A stretch of 64,000 nt of DNA from Blastocladiella emersonii ATCC 22665 (Eukaryota > Fungi > Blastocladiomycota), in contig JANHCV010000003.1 in NCBI GenBank assembly GCA_025594325.1, positions 1,178,001-1,242,000 on the forward strand, in the 5' to 3' direction. The translations under genes were made by a program, and so were the position numbers. Below, in pieces: positions 1 to 12,344 of the stretch. How positions within the stretch are numbered: position 1 is the stretch's first letter; every line of letters begins with the position of its first letter. The notes under the pieces are model-generated. The model did no database searches. It was not told the origin of the DNA and saw nothing but the letters and a program-made list of their open reading frames with translations.

Positions 1-930
1 CGAGCACGTCGCCGTTCGTCCGCTTGAGCCACGGCGACACGGCGGCGAACCGCGCGGGGAGCACCGGTTTCGACTCCCCGACCGCTGCCAGTGGCGGCTT
101 GGCGAGCGAGGGACCGAACGGCACCGTCGCCGTGTGCACGAGCTCGAGGATGACCTCGGTAGACTCCTTCCACAGCTCAGGCTGCGCGAGATGCCGGCTG
201 AGCGCAGCGAGGACCGCGTCCTCGAACCAGACGGCGGCCGCGGGCCCGGCGCCACGGACGACGGCGCGCATCATGTGCGGGAGCTGCGGTTTGAGTTTGA
301 TGTACCGGATCTGCGCGTGCAGCGTATTGATGAGGTACTGCGCGGCGCGGTCGAGAAGCGCCTCGGGCGACCTGCAGTTAAGCTGTCACGCAATCGAGTC
401 AAGGCACGCCGTCGTGCACACGTGGAGCGCGCGGTGCGCCGCGGCAGAGTAGGCGAGGATCGTCGCGAGGTGGTCGCGCAGGAGCGGCGTCAGCTGCGGC
501 GGCGGGGACGCCACGACGAGCCCGTCGAGGACCCGGACGACGGTCAGCGGGTCGTCCGAGGTCTCGAGCAGCCCGAAATACTCGTCGAACACGGCCGCGT
601 CGTACGCGACGGCGAGGCACTGGTTGAGGACGAGCAGCAGCGAGTAGTGTCGCTTCCGCGGCGGTGTCGACGCGGCAGGTCCGCTCACGGCCATGTCGTC
701 GTCAACGACTGGCGTGTCCTGCATCACTGCGACGACAGCCCGCAGCACGGCCTGCTCGACCGCCGATCCACCCGCCGCAGGCCACGGGCGGATCGACTTT
801 TCGACTGCGTCTGCGACTGCGATCTGGTGGAATGCAAGACAGTTCCACTGGCGCAGCCCCGCCTCGACCTCGGACCACAGCGGCGTCTCGGGGTCGAGCA
901 GGCGCAGCGTGTGCCACGATTTCAGCGTCT
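1..930 (-). CDS. Uncharacterised spliced protein, partial (runs off window start; further 5' exons possibly up to ~2040)
   Basis: Continuous Leu/Ala-rich frame LLAATTDKTLKSWHTLRLLDPETPLWSEVEAG...RALH joined by a short GT-AG intron (~383-421) to LNCRSPEALLDRAAQYLINTLHAQIRYIKLKPQL...; no family recognised. Confidence 0.5.
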
Positions 931-2445
931 TGTCCGTGGTTGCGGCGAGGAGACTGTGGCGTCGTTGGAAGCAGCAGCAGAGTCGTTGATGGTACTGGAT
1001 ACACTGCCCAGGAAGCTGCTGCTGGTCTGGCCCATGATGGTTGACTACCGGGAGGAAACCATCGCTGCCTCAAAATGAAGGCTGAGGACTCGCCGTTATC
1101 GGCTAGCGTCTAATCGGAACTCAGCTCGGGCGAAAGAATGGCTCGAATCCGTCGAGGCGCTGAGGCTGTTGGAAGGGAGCAGCAAGTGAGAGAGGTTACA
1201 CGAGTGGTCCTCGCGAAAGCCGACGCGACGCGACACGTCTCGCGCCCGGGCGGAGACAGAAACGTGATTTCGAGACGCGTCCATTCATGACGTCACGGAC
1301 GGCGCGCCTGTCGCTCGTCGCTCGCCGCACGATCGTGTACACCACATGAACGGCCGGTCCCCGGCCCTCGCCCAGATCGATGACGACGCACTCATCAACG
1401 GGTAGACCCAGAGTCTTCCGCACCGTGTTCGCCGTGGGTCGCCTCGTCTGTTGCACGTCTGCGACACCGCGGTTCGCAGCTTCGCTCTTCAGCGAAGCGA
1501 TCGACGTACGACGAGAGAGCCGCTTGTCTGCGAGACATGTCCGTTTTGTACAGCGTGGACTAGATAGGCGGGACGGGACGGGAAAGAGCGATACGTGGGC
1601 TCGCCGAGCTCAGCGGCGGCTGGAGCGCGCGTAACGGAGCTCATGACTACTCCGCTCCACACCTCAGAAAACGAGGCCTGAGTGACGATGGGCAAGTCGT
1701 CCACCAATGTCGCCTCGGTGCGAACCGAACAGGCGCCGGCTTCGTGAGCGCGACGGTCGGTACCACGACGAGGGCACACCGCGCTGTTGCTTGCGATGGA
1801 TGCGGGGGAGAGCACAGTTCCAGGCTCGCACGCACGCACGCACGAGAAGTGGATCGGGCAGGCCAAAGTAGCAAAACAGCTCCGCGAACAGAGTATGCGC
1901 GATGAAAATGTCCCAGCTTTGTCTAATAGTACTCCCAAGACGTGGCTAACAAGCCTTGGAAGCGTGGATGTTAAGGGTTCCTATGATCGTTTCGACCAGC
2001 GCCGCCTCCTCATGGTCCACGAGCACAACACGGCGCGCCATCCCGCGTCGCCCAACCAGAGGCGGGGTTCAGCAGGGACGCAGCCGCGCTTGGGAGCACT
2101 CGCTTTCATCGGGGCATCGCTGGCCGGTTGCCATGCTGAACCATGGCACGGGTGAGGACGCGCATCCACTCTTAACCGGCACGGTCCGGCACCGCCCGGG
2201 CGGGGGTGCGCGCGGCGGCGCGGCACGGGCGGTAGGGCGGTGGGTGAGTGCGGTTTCAGTCGCGTGGCGTCACCTGCTCCGTCGCGAGGGCGGTTCTCTC
2301 ACGTGCGCCAAGGTTTGCCGACACGCGTCATCCGCCACGCCGCGCCGCGGCGCCGTTCGTTTCCGCTTCCTCCGCCTCTGCCTCTGCCCGAGTCGAACCC
2401 GGCGCTAGAGCGGACACGCAGCAACAACCGCCCCTCCACACTGCC

Positions 2446-3561
2446 ATGCAATCACTTTTCGGCCTCGGGTCGACGGCCGATGTCGACATCCGGTTCGACG
2501 GCGAGGAGCAGCGCACGTGGGTCGACGTCAAGTCGGGCCGCGACCAGCGCGACAAGTTCCCGCTGTATGCCGACGGCGAGTCGGTCACGGGCAAGGTAGC
2601 GCCTGGCTCGATGGACTTGATCTAGCGGGAGGCTGACGTGTGCAACCGCGTCCGTGCAGGTGACGATTCGCGTCAAGGAGGGCAAGCGCCTCGAGCACAA
2701 TGGCATCCGGATCCAGATTCTCGGCCAGATTGGTACGTGTGCCGGTCGCTACGCGGCTGATTCGATGCTAACCCGCACCCGGGGAGTGTGTAGAGATGTT
2801 CCCAGACAAGACGCCGCAGGAGTTCATCTCCATGGGGCAGGAGCTCATGGCGCCGGGCGAGCTGCGCGGGCTGCAGACGTTCGACTTCGAGTTCAAGAAC
2901 GTGGAGAAGCAGTACGAGTCGTACCTCGGGCTCAACGTCAAGCTGCGGTACTTTGTTCGCGTGACGGTGACGCGGCGGCTGTCGGACCTGGTGCGCGAAA
3001 AGGACCTGTGGGTGTACAGCTACAAGGCGATCCCGGACGAGAACCTGCCCATCAAGATGGAGGTGGGCATCGAGGAGTGCCTGCACATCGAATTCGAGTA
3101 CAACAAGTCCAGGTACCACCTCAGCGACGTGATCGTGGGCAAGATCTACTTTCTGCTCGTGCGGATAAAGATCAAGTACATGGAGCTGTCGATCCTGCGC
3201 CGCGAGTCGACGGCGTCGCGTACGTTTGCGTTCCTGGACCGTGCACCGACCGGCTTACTCACCATCGACCCACGCATTCACTTGTGTAGAGGCCCAGAAC
3301 CAGCAGCTCGGGACCGAGTCCGAGACGCTGGCCAAGTTCGAGATCATGGACGGGGCGCCCGTCAAGGGCGAGACGATCCCGATCCGCATGTTCCTCAGCG
3401 GGTACGAGCTTACGCCGTCGTTTCGCGACGTGAACAAGAAGTTCTCGGTGCGCTACTTCCTCAACCTGGTCCTGGTCGACGAGGAGAACCGGCGGTACTT
3501 CAAGCAGCAGGAAATCACCATGTACCGCGCGCTGCCCGGGCCCAACGGCGAGGCCGTGTAG
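2446..3561 (+). CDS. VPS26: Retromer subunit VPS26 (4 exons)
   Basis: ATG 2446; exons ~2446-2595, 2660-2732, 2794-~3218, ~3289-3561 with GT-AG introns; motifs LYADGESVTGKV, IKMEVGIEECLHIEFEYNKSRYHL, KFEIMDGAPVKGETIPIRMFL, NLVLVDEENRRYFKQQEI. Confidence 0.96.
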
Positions 3562-3840
3562 CAGCTGTCCGTCTCGGCTCGATTTTGTGTGTCGGTGGGC
3601 ATGCCGAATAATTTGGATTCCCTCTTGTTCTATTCGCGCACCCCCGGAAGTATCCGACGCGACCGCGGTGGCTATGGCTGTGGCGCCCGTCAGACCTGTC
3701 GCGGGCGCCTGACGGGCGAGCGAGGCAGCTCGCAGGTTGCAGGCAACGCAAATCTTTGGCTGCTCCATCACGAACGGCCATCACCCGGGCGCGATCCACG
3801 ACCCACTGCAACGCATCGACTCCACGCAACTCCCTGCAAC

Positions 3841-4710
3841 ATGCTGCGCTCGTTCCTGTCGGGCGTGACCCGCGGCATCCACACGTCGGCCCGGAGCCTG
3901 CAGGCGTCGCCCGTGAGCGCGACCGCCAGTGCCGGTGCCGCCGCCGTGGCGCACACGGGCGCGACCAAGCGCGCCGGCGTCGTGGCCGTCAAGAAGGGCA
4001 TGACGGCGATCTGGGACCAGTGGGGCGTGCGCATCCCCGTGACGCTGCTGCAGCTCGACAGCGTGTACGTGACGCAGACCAAGACGCCCGACACGGACGG
4101 GTACTACGGCGTGCAGGTGGGCGCCGTCGAGGCCAAGGTGCACCGCGCGGGCAAGTCGGTGGCCGCGCACTGCGCCAAGGCGGGCGTGCCGGCGCTGCGC
4201 GAGTTTGCCGAGTTCAAGGTGACGCCCGACGCGCTGCTGCCCGCGGGCACCGCCATCACGGCGGCGCACTACGAGGTCGGCCAGTTCATTGACGTGCAGG
4301 CGCCGACCGTCGGCAAGGGGTTCGCCGGCGTCATCAAGCGGTGGGGCATGAAGGGCCAGCCCGCGACGCACGGCGTGTCGGTGACGCACCGCCACGGCGG
4401 GTCCACGGGCCAGTGCCAGGACCCGGGCCGCGTGTTCAAGGGCAAGAAGATGGCGGGCCGGCTCGGCGGCAAGACGTGCACGGTGCTGGGCCTGCAGATT
4501 GTCAAGATCGACCACGACGCCAACGTGCTGTACGTCAAGGGCGGCGTGCCCGGCCACGACGACCAGTTCATCCGCGTGCGCGACGCCGTCAAGAAGTGGG
4601 GCAAGGTCGCCGGCCCCGTGCCGACCGCCGCCCCCGACGCCGCCAAGGCCGGCCAGGAGTGGCTCGCCAAGGAGGGCTCGGACCCATACCTCCGCTACGA
4701 GTCGGCCTAA
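3841..4710 (+). CDS. MRPL3: Mitochondrial ribosomal protein uL3m
   Basis: Intronless ORF; Arg/Ser-rich targeting peptide then uL3 motifs KKGMTAIWD, GKGFAGVIKRWG, GSTGQCQDPGRVFKGKKMAGRLG. Confidence 0.95.
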   Translation: MLRSFLSGVTRGIHTSARSLQASPVSATASAGAAAVAHTGATKRAGVVAVKKGMTAIWDQWGVRIPVTLLQLDSVYVTQTKTPDTDGYYGVQVGAVEAKVHRAGKSVAAHCAKAGVPALREFAEFKVTPDALLPAGTAITAAHYEVGQFIDVQAPTVGKGFAGVIKRWGMKGQPATHGVSVTHRHGGSTGQCQDPGRVFKGKKMAGRLGGKTCTVLGLQIVKIDHDANVLYVKGGVPGHDDQFIRVRDAVKKWGKVAGPVPTAAPDAAKAGQEWLAKEGSDPYLRYESA

Positions 4711-5101
4711 GCTGTTCCTGTTCCCTACCTGTCTTCCCACCACCACCACCATCACGTTGCCTATATAGTTTGTCTGTCCCTTTTGTTTCTATCCGCGCAA
4801 GGTCGCGGGGGTAGGGCGATGGCCGTGGCAGGCTGGCGACCCGCTGATCGGCGACCACGCGCATCTGCCCGCCGCGTCGCTGCCCCCTCGGCGGCTAAAG
4901 CGTTCTCCCCTGCGCACAAGCCATGGCCGTCAACACGGACAAGCTCTGCCCATGCACCGCGCCGGCGCCCTCGCCCGCCCTCTCTCTCTGCCCGACTCGA
5001 TGCAACCAGCGGCCACGAACCGCTCATCGCCCCCATGGAGCACATGAACGCCGCGTCGCCATCGTACCTCCTATAACGAACACCATCATCGACACCCAAC
5101 C

Positions 5102-5866
5102 ATGGCCGGGCCCAACCCGCTGCACACGCTCGCGCTGCTCGAGGGCGACTCGCCGTACCTGCTGCTGGGCGTGCGCGAGTCGGCGTCGCCCGCCGACATC
5201 AAGCGCGTGTTCCGCGAGCTCGCCATGGACCTGCACCCGGACCGCAACATGCAGCACCCGGACCTGCCCGCCATCCGCGCCCGCTTCGACAAGATCAAGC
5301 TCGCCTACGACGTGCTGAGCGACCGCCAGCTGCGCCAGGCGTACGACGCCCAGGCCCTCATGGCGCGCTCGTCGTTCCGCGCCGCCGCCGCCGCGGGCGC
5401 CGCACCCGTGGCCCAGCGCGCGTACGGCGGCGGATCCGCCGCGCCCAAGTCGTACACGCACTTCAACCCCGACACCATGTACGGCGACTTCTCGTACTAC
5501 CAGTACCGACCCGCCGCGACGCCGGCGTCGCGGTTCCGCAACAGCTGGATCGCGGCGGCCGTCGTCGGGTTCGCTGCCGTCGGCGCGTGCGTCCAGTACT
5601 GGCGGTACCAGAACGGGTCGGCGCTGATCCGCGCCGCGCTCGCCCGCGAGAACGCCACCAACATGGAGGTCATGGCGGGCGTCCGCGAGCGCGCCATTGG
5701 GCGGTCGCCTGAGGCGTTCCACGAGCAGCTCGAGCAGCATATCATGGCCAACCGCGCGGCGCGCATGGGACGCGCGAGGCGGCCGATGCCGGCGCCTGCA
5801 TACGCGCGCGTCGCGGAGGGGGAGGGTACCGCCGCGGAGGCGAGCGCGAGTCCGGCCGCATCCTGA
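5102..5866 (+). CDS. DnaJ-domain (type III) protein with one TM helix
   Basis: N-terminal J domain SPYLLLGV...LHPDRN...YDVLSD...YD with HPD motif; hydrophobic WIAAAVVGFAAVGACVQYW. Confidence 0.88.
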   Translation: MAGPNPLHTLALLEGDSPYLLLGVRESASPADIKRVFRELAMDLHPDRNMQHPDLPAIRARFDKIKLAYDVLSDRQLRQAYDAQALMARSSFRAAAAAGAAPVAQRAYGGGSAAPKSYTHFNPDTMYGDFSYYQYRPAATPASRFRNSWIAAAVVGFAAVGACVQYWRYQNGSALIRAALARENATNMEVMAGVRERAIGRSPEAFHEQLEQHIMANRAARMGRARRPMPAPAYARVAEGEGTAAEASASPAAS

Positions 5867-5952
5867 TCCTTCGAGTCGAACAGAAACGGGAACAACATTG
5901 CCATGTCGCGCAAGCAGTCAGCTAATACATTTGATGTGTACACACGACCACC

Positions 5953-8900
5953 TCACCCCGCCCACCCGGTCCCGTCCACGACGGCCTCGCCGCGGTAGCT
6001 GACCTGGACGCAGAAACACTCTTCGCCGTGCCCCTCCTCGTCGTTGATGAACACGTACACGTCGACGCGCCTTGCCGCCGCGTCCATGGCCGCGAAATGG
6101 AGGTGTAGGTACACGCCACCGCTGGGCTCGAGCTCGACCACGTCCTCGCGCACCGCGACGAGCGTCGGGTGCGACGTGGCGACGCGGAACGTCTTGGCGA
6201 CGCCATACGGGTTGGTGAACGAGATGCGCTTCGCCACGGCCTTGCGCACGGGCACCGTCAGCTGGAACGTCTTGGTCACCTGCGGCGGGTGCGTGCGGCA
6301 CTGCACGAGCCACGTCCACTGCCGCGCGCGCGTCGCCGGGTCGACCAGCGCGACCACGACCTGGTCGTCGCCCACGCCGCGCGGCGTGAACGTCACGTCA
6401 ACCTGCGTCACTCCCGCACTCCCAGTGCCGCCGCCCGCGACGCGGAATGCGCCCGACGGGACCTGCAGGAGGCCCGGGTCCGAGCTGTAGCACACGACGG
6501 GTGCCGCGGGCGCCGTGCCGGAGTCGGTCCCGCGCACCGCGAGCGTCGAGTGCGTCGTCTGCCCGAGGTACCCGGCGAGGTCGACGCGCTGCGCCGCGTC
6601 GACGACGATCCGCCACACGCGGACCAGGACGTGCGCGAACGCGTCGGCGTACCCGAACACGACGACCTGGCGCGCCGCGGGCTCGCGCGCCGCACGCAGC
6701 TTGACGTGCACCGCGGACCCGGCGTCGTCGACGGCGCAGTACACGTCGTGGTCGAAGCACCGCGCCATGACGATCTTGGCGGCGGCGCTGGGCGATGGGG
6801 ACGCGGCGGCCGTGACGAGGCCGCCGAGCCCACGGCGCTGTGAGCCGCTCGCGTCGACCGTCTGCTGGTGCAGCGGCAGCACGTGGCGAAAGTACTCGTT
6901 CCCGGGGACGACGAAGGCGAGGTGCGCGTGGACCGGGTGCGGGTGCACCGTGAGCGCGCACTCGAGCCGCGCCACGGCGTTGCCCGAGTGCACGTCGAGC
7001 AGGGACACGGTGAACTTGACGAGGCCGGGGACGTCGCGGCCCTGCTGCACCGAGCTCGACGCGCTCGTGAACAGCAGCGGGATGGCCACGGACTCGAGCG
7101 GGTGCATGAGCACCTCGACCGCGTTGTTGCGCCGGTGCGCGACGGGTTTCGCTGCGTTGAGGCCAAAGTGCGCGAGCGCGCGGTCCTCGACGAGCACGCT
7201 ACATGGCCGCAGCCTTCGTCAGTCTTCCCAATGGACGAGCAAGTGAAGCTCACGTACCGCACGTTCGGGTCATCGACCGCGACGACATACAGCGCCTGCG
7301 CGTTCTTCGGGTTCGAGCAGAACCACTCAAAGAAGTGGCTACACCCCGCGACAACGTGGCCCGCGTACTGCGTCGCCATGCCAGCCTTGATCACCCGCGC
7401 AATCTCGCCGTACTTGCGCCGCTCGCGCGACGCCGCGATCTCGTCGACGAGCACACGGTACCGCTCGCGCCGCTCGCCGAGCGGGAGCCCCGCGGCCTCG
7501 ACGTCGACCCGCTGCGTCATCTTGGCGACGAGCGCGACGCGGCGCCGCGCCGAAAGCGCCTGGCGGAAGTCGCCCGCGCGCGCGACCCCGTTGGCGTGCC
7601 GCGCCGTGTACAGGTCGGACCACGACACGTCGCCCGTCGCCGTCGCCGCGCCCACGTTCTCGAGCGCCAGGTACAGTGTGCCGAGGACGTCGGCCAGGGT
7701 CGCGCCGCTGCTGGATCCGCCGGCCGCCGAAACCGCAGTGATGGGCACTGCGAGCACCTGCGCGGCGCGCGCGCGGCCCTGGCGCAGCAGGCCGGCGAGC
7801 GGGACGAGGCCGCGGCCCAGGAGCAGCGTCGACGCGCCGTCCCATACCGTGACGGCCGCCGTGGCCGAGTGGAGGTAGTCGATGAAGGTCGCCGGCGGCG
7901 GCTGCGAGTCGGACTCGACGGGATCCGTCGGGTCCCGCGCCACAGGCACGTCGTCGGCGAGGTCGTGCGTGAACTGCTCGAGGTGCCCGTCGTACGGCGC
8001 GCCCGAGCGGCGGAGGAGTGTCGGCGCAGGCTGGTTGCCCGCTGCTCGCGGGTCAGCAGCGAGGCCGTCGTCGTCGTCGACGCCGGGAACGAGGTCGAGG
8101 ACCGGCGTCACGACGGGCGGGAACGTAAAGAACTGGAGCTCGATGCGGACCTGGGTCGGCGCCTCAGTCCCACTGCTGGCCGCTGCAGCTGGCGCAAAGG
8201 CCATGAACAGCAGGGAGACGCGGTGCACCGTGAGCGTGTCGCGGGCCTCGACGGCGAGGCTGGGCGACGCGGGGAGCTCGGTCGGCTGCAGCGCGCCGGG
8301 GAGCGGGAACTTGGCGTGCAGGAGCCGCGCGAGCTGCCTCCGCGACAGGCCGAGGAGCGACGCGGGTTCGGGCTCCGGGTACAGCGTCAGGGTCGCTGGG
8401 TCGGGCACGACGGCGGGCGGGACGGGCGCGTCTGGGATGGATTGGACGCTGTCGAGCGATGACAGCCGCGGGGCGGGGCCATCGGCCGGTGGTTGAGGCG
8501 GCAGCGGCGGTGGTGCGAGCGACTGCTTCGAGGCTGATGGTGTCGTCTCCTTGGATGCCGACTGCGCTGGTGGAAGCTCGCGGTCCGTGGCCGGTGGCAT
8601 CTCGCGCGACGTGGGCTCGGGGTCGCTGGCCTCCGTCGCGACCGCGGGCTCCGACTCGTGCGTGGCGACCGTCGAGTTGCTCGCGGGCAGCGGGATCTCG
8701 TGCGGGATCACGGGCCGCGGTTTCCGTGGACTCGGCGGAACTACATGTCTGATCGTTAGTAGGCTGAGCCCGTAGCGCAGGGCGAGCAGAACGTACGGCC
8801 GTAGACCTCGATCGTGAGGTGTAGCTTCCACTGGATCGCCGGGTCGACGTACGCGCGTCGGTCCGGGAGAAACGGCATCGAGTGCAGTTCAAGCGCGTAG

Positions 8901-10267
8901 CTCTCCGAGTAGTGCGGGAGCGTGTGGGTCGGGACCAAAGCCCAGGCGGCCGTGATCCACGTCTGCTCAATCTGGTACTCGAGCCACACGAGGAGCACGA
9001 GCGAGGGGTCGACGAAGCAGTCGGTGAGGTACACGTCGTCAAACGACCACGCGGACGTCGACTCGTCGGCGGGGAACACGCGCGTGATCTTGCTCACGAG
9101 CTTCTGCCCGTTGTGCAGCGCGAAGCACAGGCGCTTCTCCTGTACGGCGCCGGCGCCGGCGCCGGCGCCGTCCTGGTCGCTCACCGACTTGATGAGCTGC
9201 CGCTCGACAATGCTGATGGCGGGCGACACGGACAGGTGCATGGCGCCGACAGTCACCTGGTCGAGCACGGGGAACATGGGGTTGACGTCGGCGATGAACG
9301 TGTTGGCGTGGAAGAAGTGCGACAGGTCCGCGATCCCCTCCGTCTCGGCGGTCGCGTCGTACGTGAGCGCTGCGCCCGGGATCGGCGTCATGGACGCGTT
9401 CGGGACGTCGACGGGCCCGCCGACGACGAGAAGCGCGCGCGGCGTGCCGCGGTAGATGCCGATGCTCCGGTCCGTGGCCCCGCTGCTGCGGTGGACGTGC
9501 AGCGGGCTCCAGCCGAGCGACACGGTGCGGTTGTGGCCCGTGAGGTACAGCTCCGCGAGCAGAATGCTGTGGCGAACGAACGGCGAAGCGAGCGAGAAGA
9601 GGGGCTACATTGGCCGGAAGTTAGACTCTGCTGGAAGGTTGGCGAGTGTGAGCGTACCTGCGACGGCAGCTCGAGTGAGAGCATTGATGATTGCGTTGAG
9701 AGCACCGGTAGCCTTCCGTTGACGCGCTGGAAGAGAAACTCACGTCAGGTAGTGGATCAGCTCACCGACGAGCTGCAAAAGGCGTACCAGGATCACCTGC
9801 GACTCGTCGTGCAGAGTCGCGTCAACGACGACGGCAATGGACGAAGAATGCGACTCGCCGTATGGCCGGCCCGACAGACAGTCGAACCAGGTCAACGTGA
9901 CGCCGAGCAGCGCGACGCCATGAGTATTCCGACACCACACGAGGACCTCGTCGCGCTCCTCGGGATCGACCGGCTGCTCCTCTTCCTCGTCTTCATGTCG
10001 CCCTGGACCAGCCTCGGTGCCCTCGGTCGTCTCGGTCGCCGTTTCCGCGGCGCCGGCGCCCTGCGCAACGACCTCCCACGTGGTCGACGAGATGGGCAGC
10101 CCGCGGATCGAGCGCAGTGACCACCGGAGAAGCGCATCGCGGGCGCCCGACGAGTCGTCGAGCGTGGACGGGTACGGCAGCGGGTTGCGCGCCTTGACCT
10201 CGTTGGCGAAGCGGTGGCACGCGTGCCGAGAGCCGAGCGGTTTCGGTACAGTCGATGTGGACAGCAT
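5953..10267 (-). CDS. NPHP4: Nephrocystin-4 (ciliary transition zone), multi-exon
   Basis: Segments match NPHP4 as remembered: TWFDCLSGRPYG, IYRGTPRALL, EKRLCFALHNG, LQFFTFPPVVT, FFEWFCSNP, KRISFTNPYGVAKTF, VYVFINDEEGHGEECFCVQVSY; canonical introns near 7198-7257, ~8750-8805, ~9610-9660, ~9730-9790. Start codon uncertain. Confidence 0.87.
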
Positions 10268-10278
10268 GCATGCGATAC

Positions 10279-10291
10279 GTTGCTTGGAGAC
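10279..10291. promoter_or_regulatory. Candidate RFX X-box upstream of NPHP4
   Basis: GTTGCTTGGAGAC fits the X-box pattern GTTRCY-N1-2-GGNRAC; only 12 bp from the presumed ATG. Confidence 0.25.
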
Positions 10292-10802
10292 CCAGTTGGG
10301 GAGAGAAGGAGGGGTCGCCACGCCCTCCGGTGAGAACGACGCGTCGATCGCCCCGCGTGGCGCTGCTCACGTGAAGCGAATCGCGCCCTTCCACTCCACC
10401 TCCCTGATGCGTTTCGAGATGGCATGTGCAAGAACCCAGACTCTTTCGATCGAGGAGCGCCCGTGCTCGCTACTTGCCGTTCAAGACTGCGGCAGCAGCA
10501 ATGACGGACGCGGTCGCGGCAAGGGTGGTCGCGGACGCGTCGATCATCACACGTGACTCGCCCGACGCGTTTTGCCGGGTTTATGAGATCAATTCTCGGT
10601 GTTATTCTCGAGGCTGGCATTGACGAAAGACGACGGTCGAGTATATCAAGGTGTAAGGTGTAAGGTGTGTGCGTGTGGTGAATCTACGGCGCGAGCGCGA
10701 ACGAGGGCGACCACCCGCCTTGGTGTACAGGATGATGCGAGTGTGATCGGGAGGAGGGGATCAAAAAAAAAGGGAGAAAACCGTCGTCAAACCGCGAACG
10801 CC

Positions 10803-12344
10803 TTAGATACCGACCATGGCCATAGTGCACGCGACAACAGCGCCGACGAGGACGGCGGCCGAGACGGCCGCCGACTGGCCCGCGGCGCCGGTCTTGTCAG
10901 CGGCGGCGGCGGCCGTGGTGCTGGCGTTGCCGGCGGCCTGCATCTTCTTGATACCGTCGGGGGTCCAGTTGGCGTTGCCCGTGATGTTGCGCAGGTCGGC
11001 GATGGTCGGGAGCTTCTTGCCCTCGGCCTTGAGGCGCTGCAGGTAGGTGAGGACGCCCTTGAAGATGCGGTTGATGGCCTCGATCTGGTCCTTGGACCAC
11101 ATGTTGCCCATGGACGCCCAGAAGGCGTCGGGGATGGTCTCGAATGGCGGGATCCACGAGTCGATGTCGCCGACCGTCGCATCCTTGCCCGTCGACGCCG
11201 CGTCGGTGGCCGTCGGCGTGGCGGTGGCCGAGGTCGAGGTCGTGGTCGTGGTGCCCGTAGCCGAGGTAGTGGTCGAGGCGGCCGTCGAGGTGGCCGACGA
11301 GGCCGTAGTCGACTTGCCGGCGCCCGTGTCGACGTCGGCGCCGCCGCCGTTGCCGTTCCACTTGCCGTCAGGCGCCGGAACGTCGTCGTACACGTAGCAG
11401 TCGGGACCCGACGAGTAGGCGAACAGCGTGGCGACGGTCTTACCGTTGAACACGTCGTTCATGTTGACGTTGCTGACCTTGCTGTTCTTGTTCTGCCACA
11501 TGGCGAGGTACTTGTCGAGACCGGCGTGCCACCTGTACGTCGCGAAGTCGGGGGAGGTTAGTACATGGTCGGTCGAGTCGGTTCCAAAGCGCGTTTTCGC
11601 GCTCCGAATGCGCAGAAAACGACAAAATCATCGACGACGTCCGGATAAAAGTACAAGTCCGATGGACTCTGCGTGGTGAAATACTGGGGCGAGTCGGGGA
11701 AGGACGAGTGGACGCGGTTGTGGCAGACACCCTCGATGGCCGTCGAGAACGACGTGTACTCCTGGTTGCTGTTGATCATGGACGCGAGCACGGTCGGCGC
11801 ACAGCCACCCCAGTTGCCCTCGGGACCCATGCGCTTGAGGCAGGCGCCGTTGATGCGCACGTCAGCGTAAGGGGCACCGACGCAGGCGCCGTTCGAGCCC
11901 ATGAGGTCCGAACCCCACACGGCCGACGAGGCCGGGTTGGCCGAGTCGCGCGAGATGTCGTGGTACGGCAGACCCGTCAGGCCGCCGCCAGCGGCGTTGA
12001 GCAGCAGCGACTCGAAGCGCCACATGAAACTCCGATGCCTACGCGAGGACGCGACGATGGGATCAGAGCGCCGATCACTCGAGTCTCGACCGTGTGTAGA
12101 CGACGTACCAGAGGGCAAAGTTCGGGTTACCGTGAGCAACGGGGATGCTGTCGGCGTGGTGCTGGCGCAGGCGCTCAATCTCGCCGTTCTGGTACAGCTT
12201 GAGCATGCCGCGGGTGAGGGCGGCGCGCTCCGACGAGCTGAGGCGGCGGAGCTCCTTGCGGACGCGGCACTGGGCGTTGGCCGGGTCGGCGGCGAGCACG
12301 AGCGCGAGCAGGGCCGCGACGAGGATGAGGAGGGGGGACTGCAT
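10803..12344 (-). CDS. Secreted, GPI/TM-anchored tyrosinase (di-copper centre) 1; 3 exons
   Basis: Signal peptide MQSPLLILVAALLALVLAA; CuA H..H..FALWHRSF across intron 12039-12108; CuB HNRVH...SPSDLYFYPWHAGLD across intron 11533-11642 (non-canonical donor, see findings); Ser/Thr stalk and hydrophobic C-terminus. Confidence 0.85.

Noticed and set aside
1100-1160. tRNA-like A/B-box words (TAGCGTCTAATCGG ... GGCTCGAATCC)
   Set aside because: No TTC in the T-loop and no cloverleaf stems.
1188-1204. 17-bp exact match to 18318-18334 (GAGAGAGGTTACACGAG)
   Set aside because: Low complexity, no extended homology; plausible by chance in 64 kb.
2380-2410. GGGTTCGACTC T-loop-like word on the minus strand
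   Set aside because: T-stem does not pair; no D or anticodon arm.
9566-9742. Possible recursive (AG|GT) splice site in NPHP4
   Set aside because: Re-parsing gives two ordinary introns and an in-frame 69-nt exon (RVNGRLPV...PSQ then PLFSLASP).
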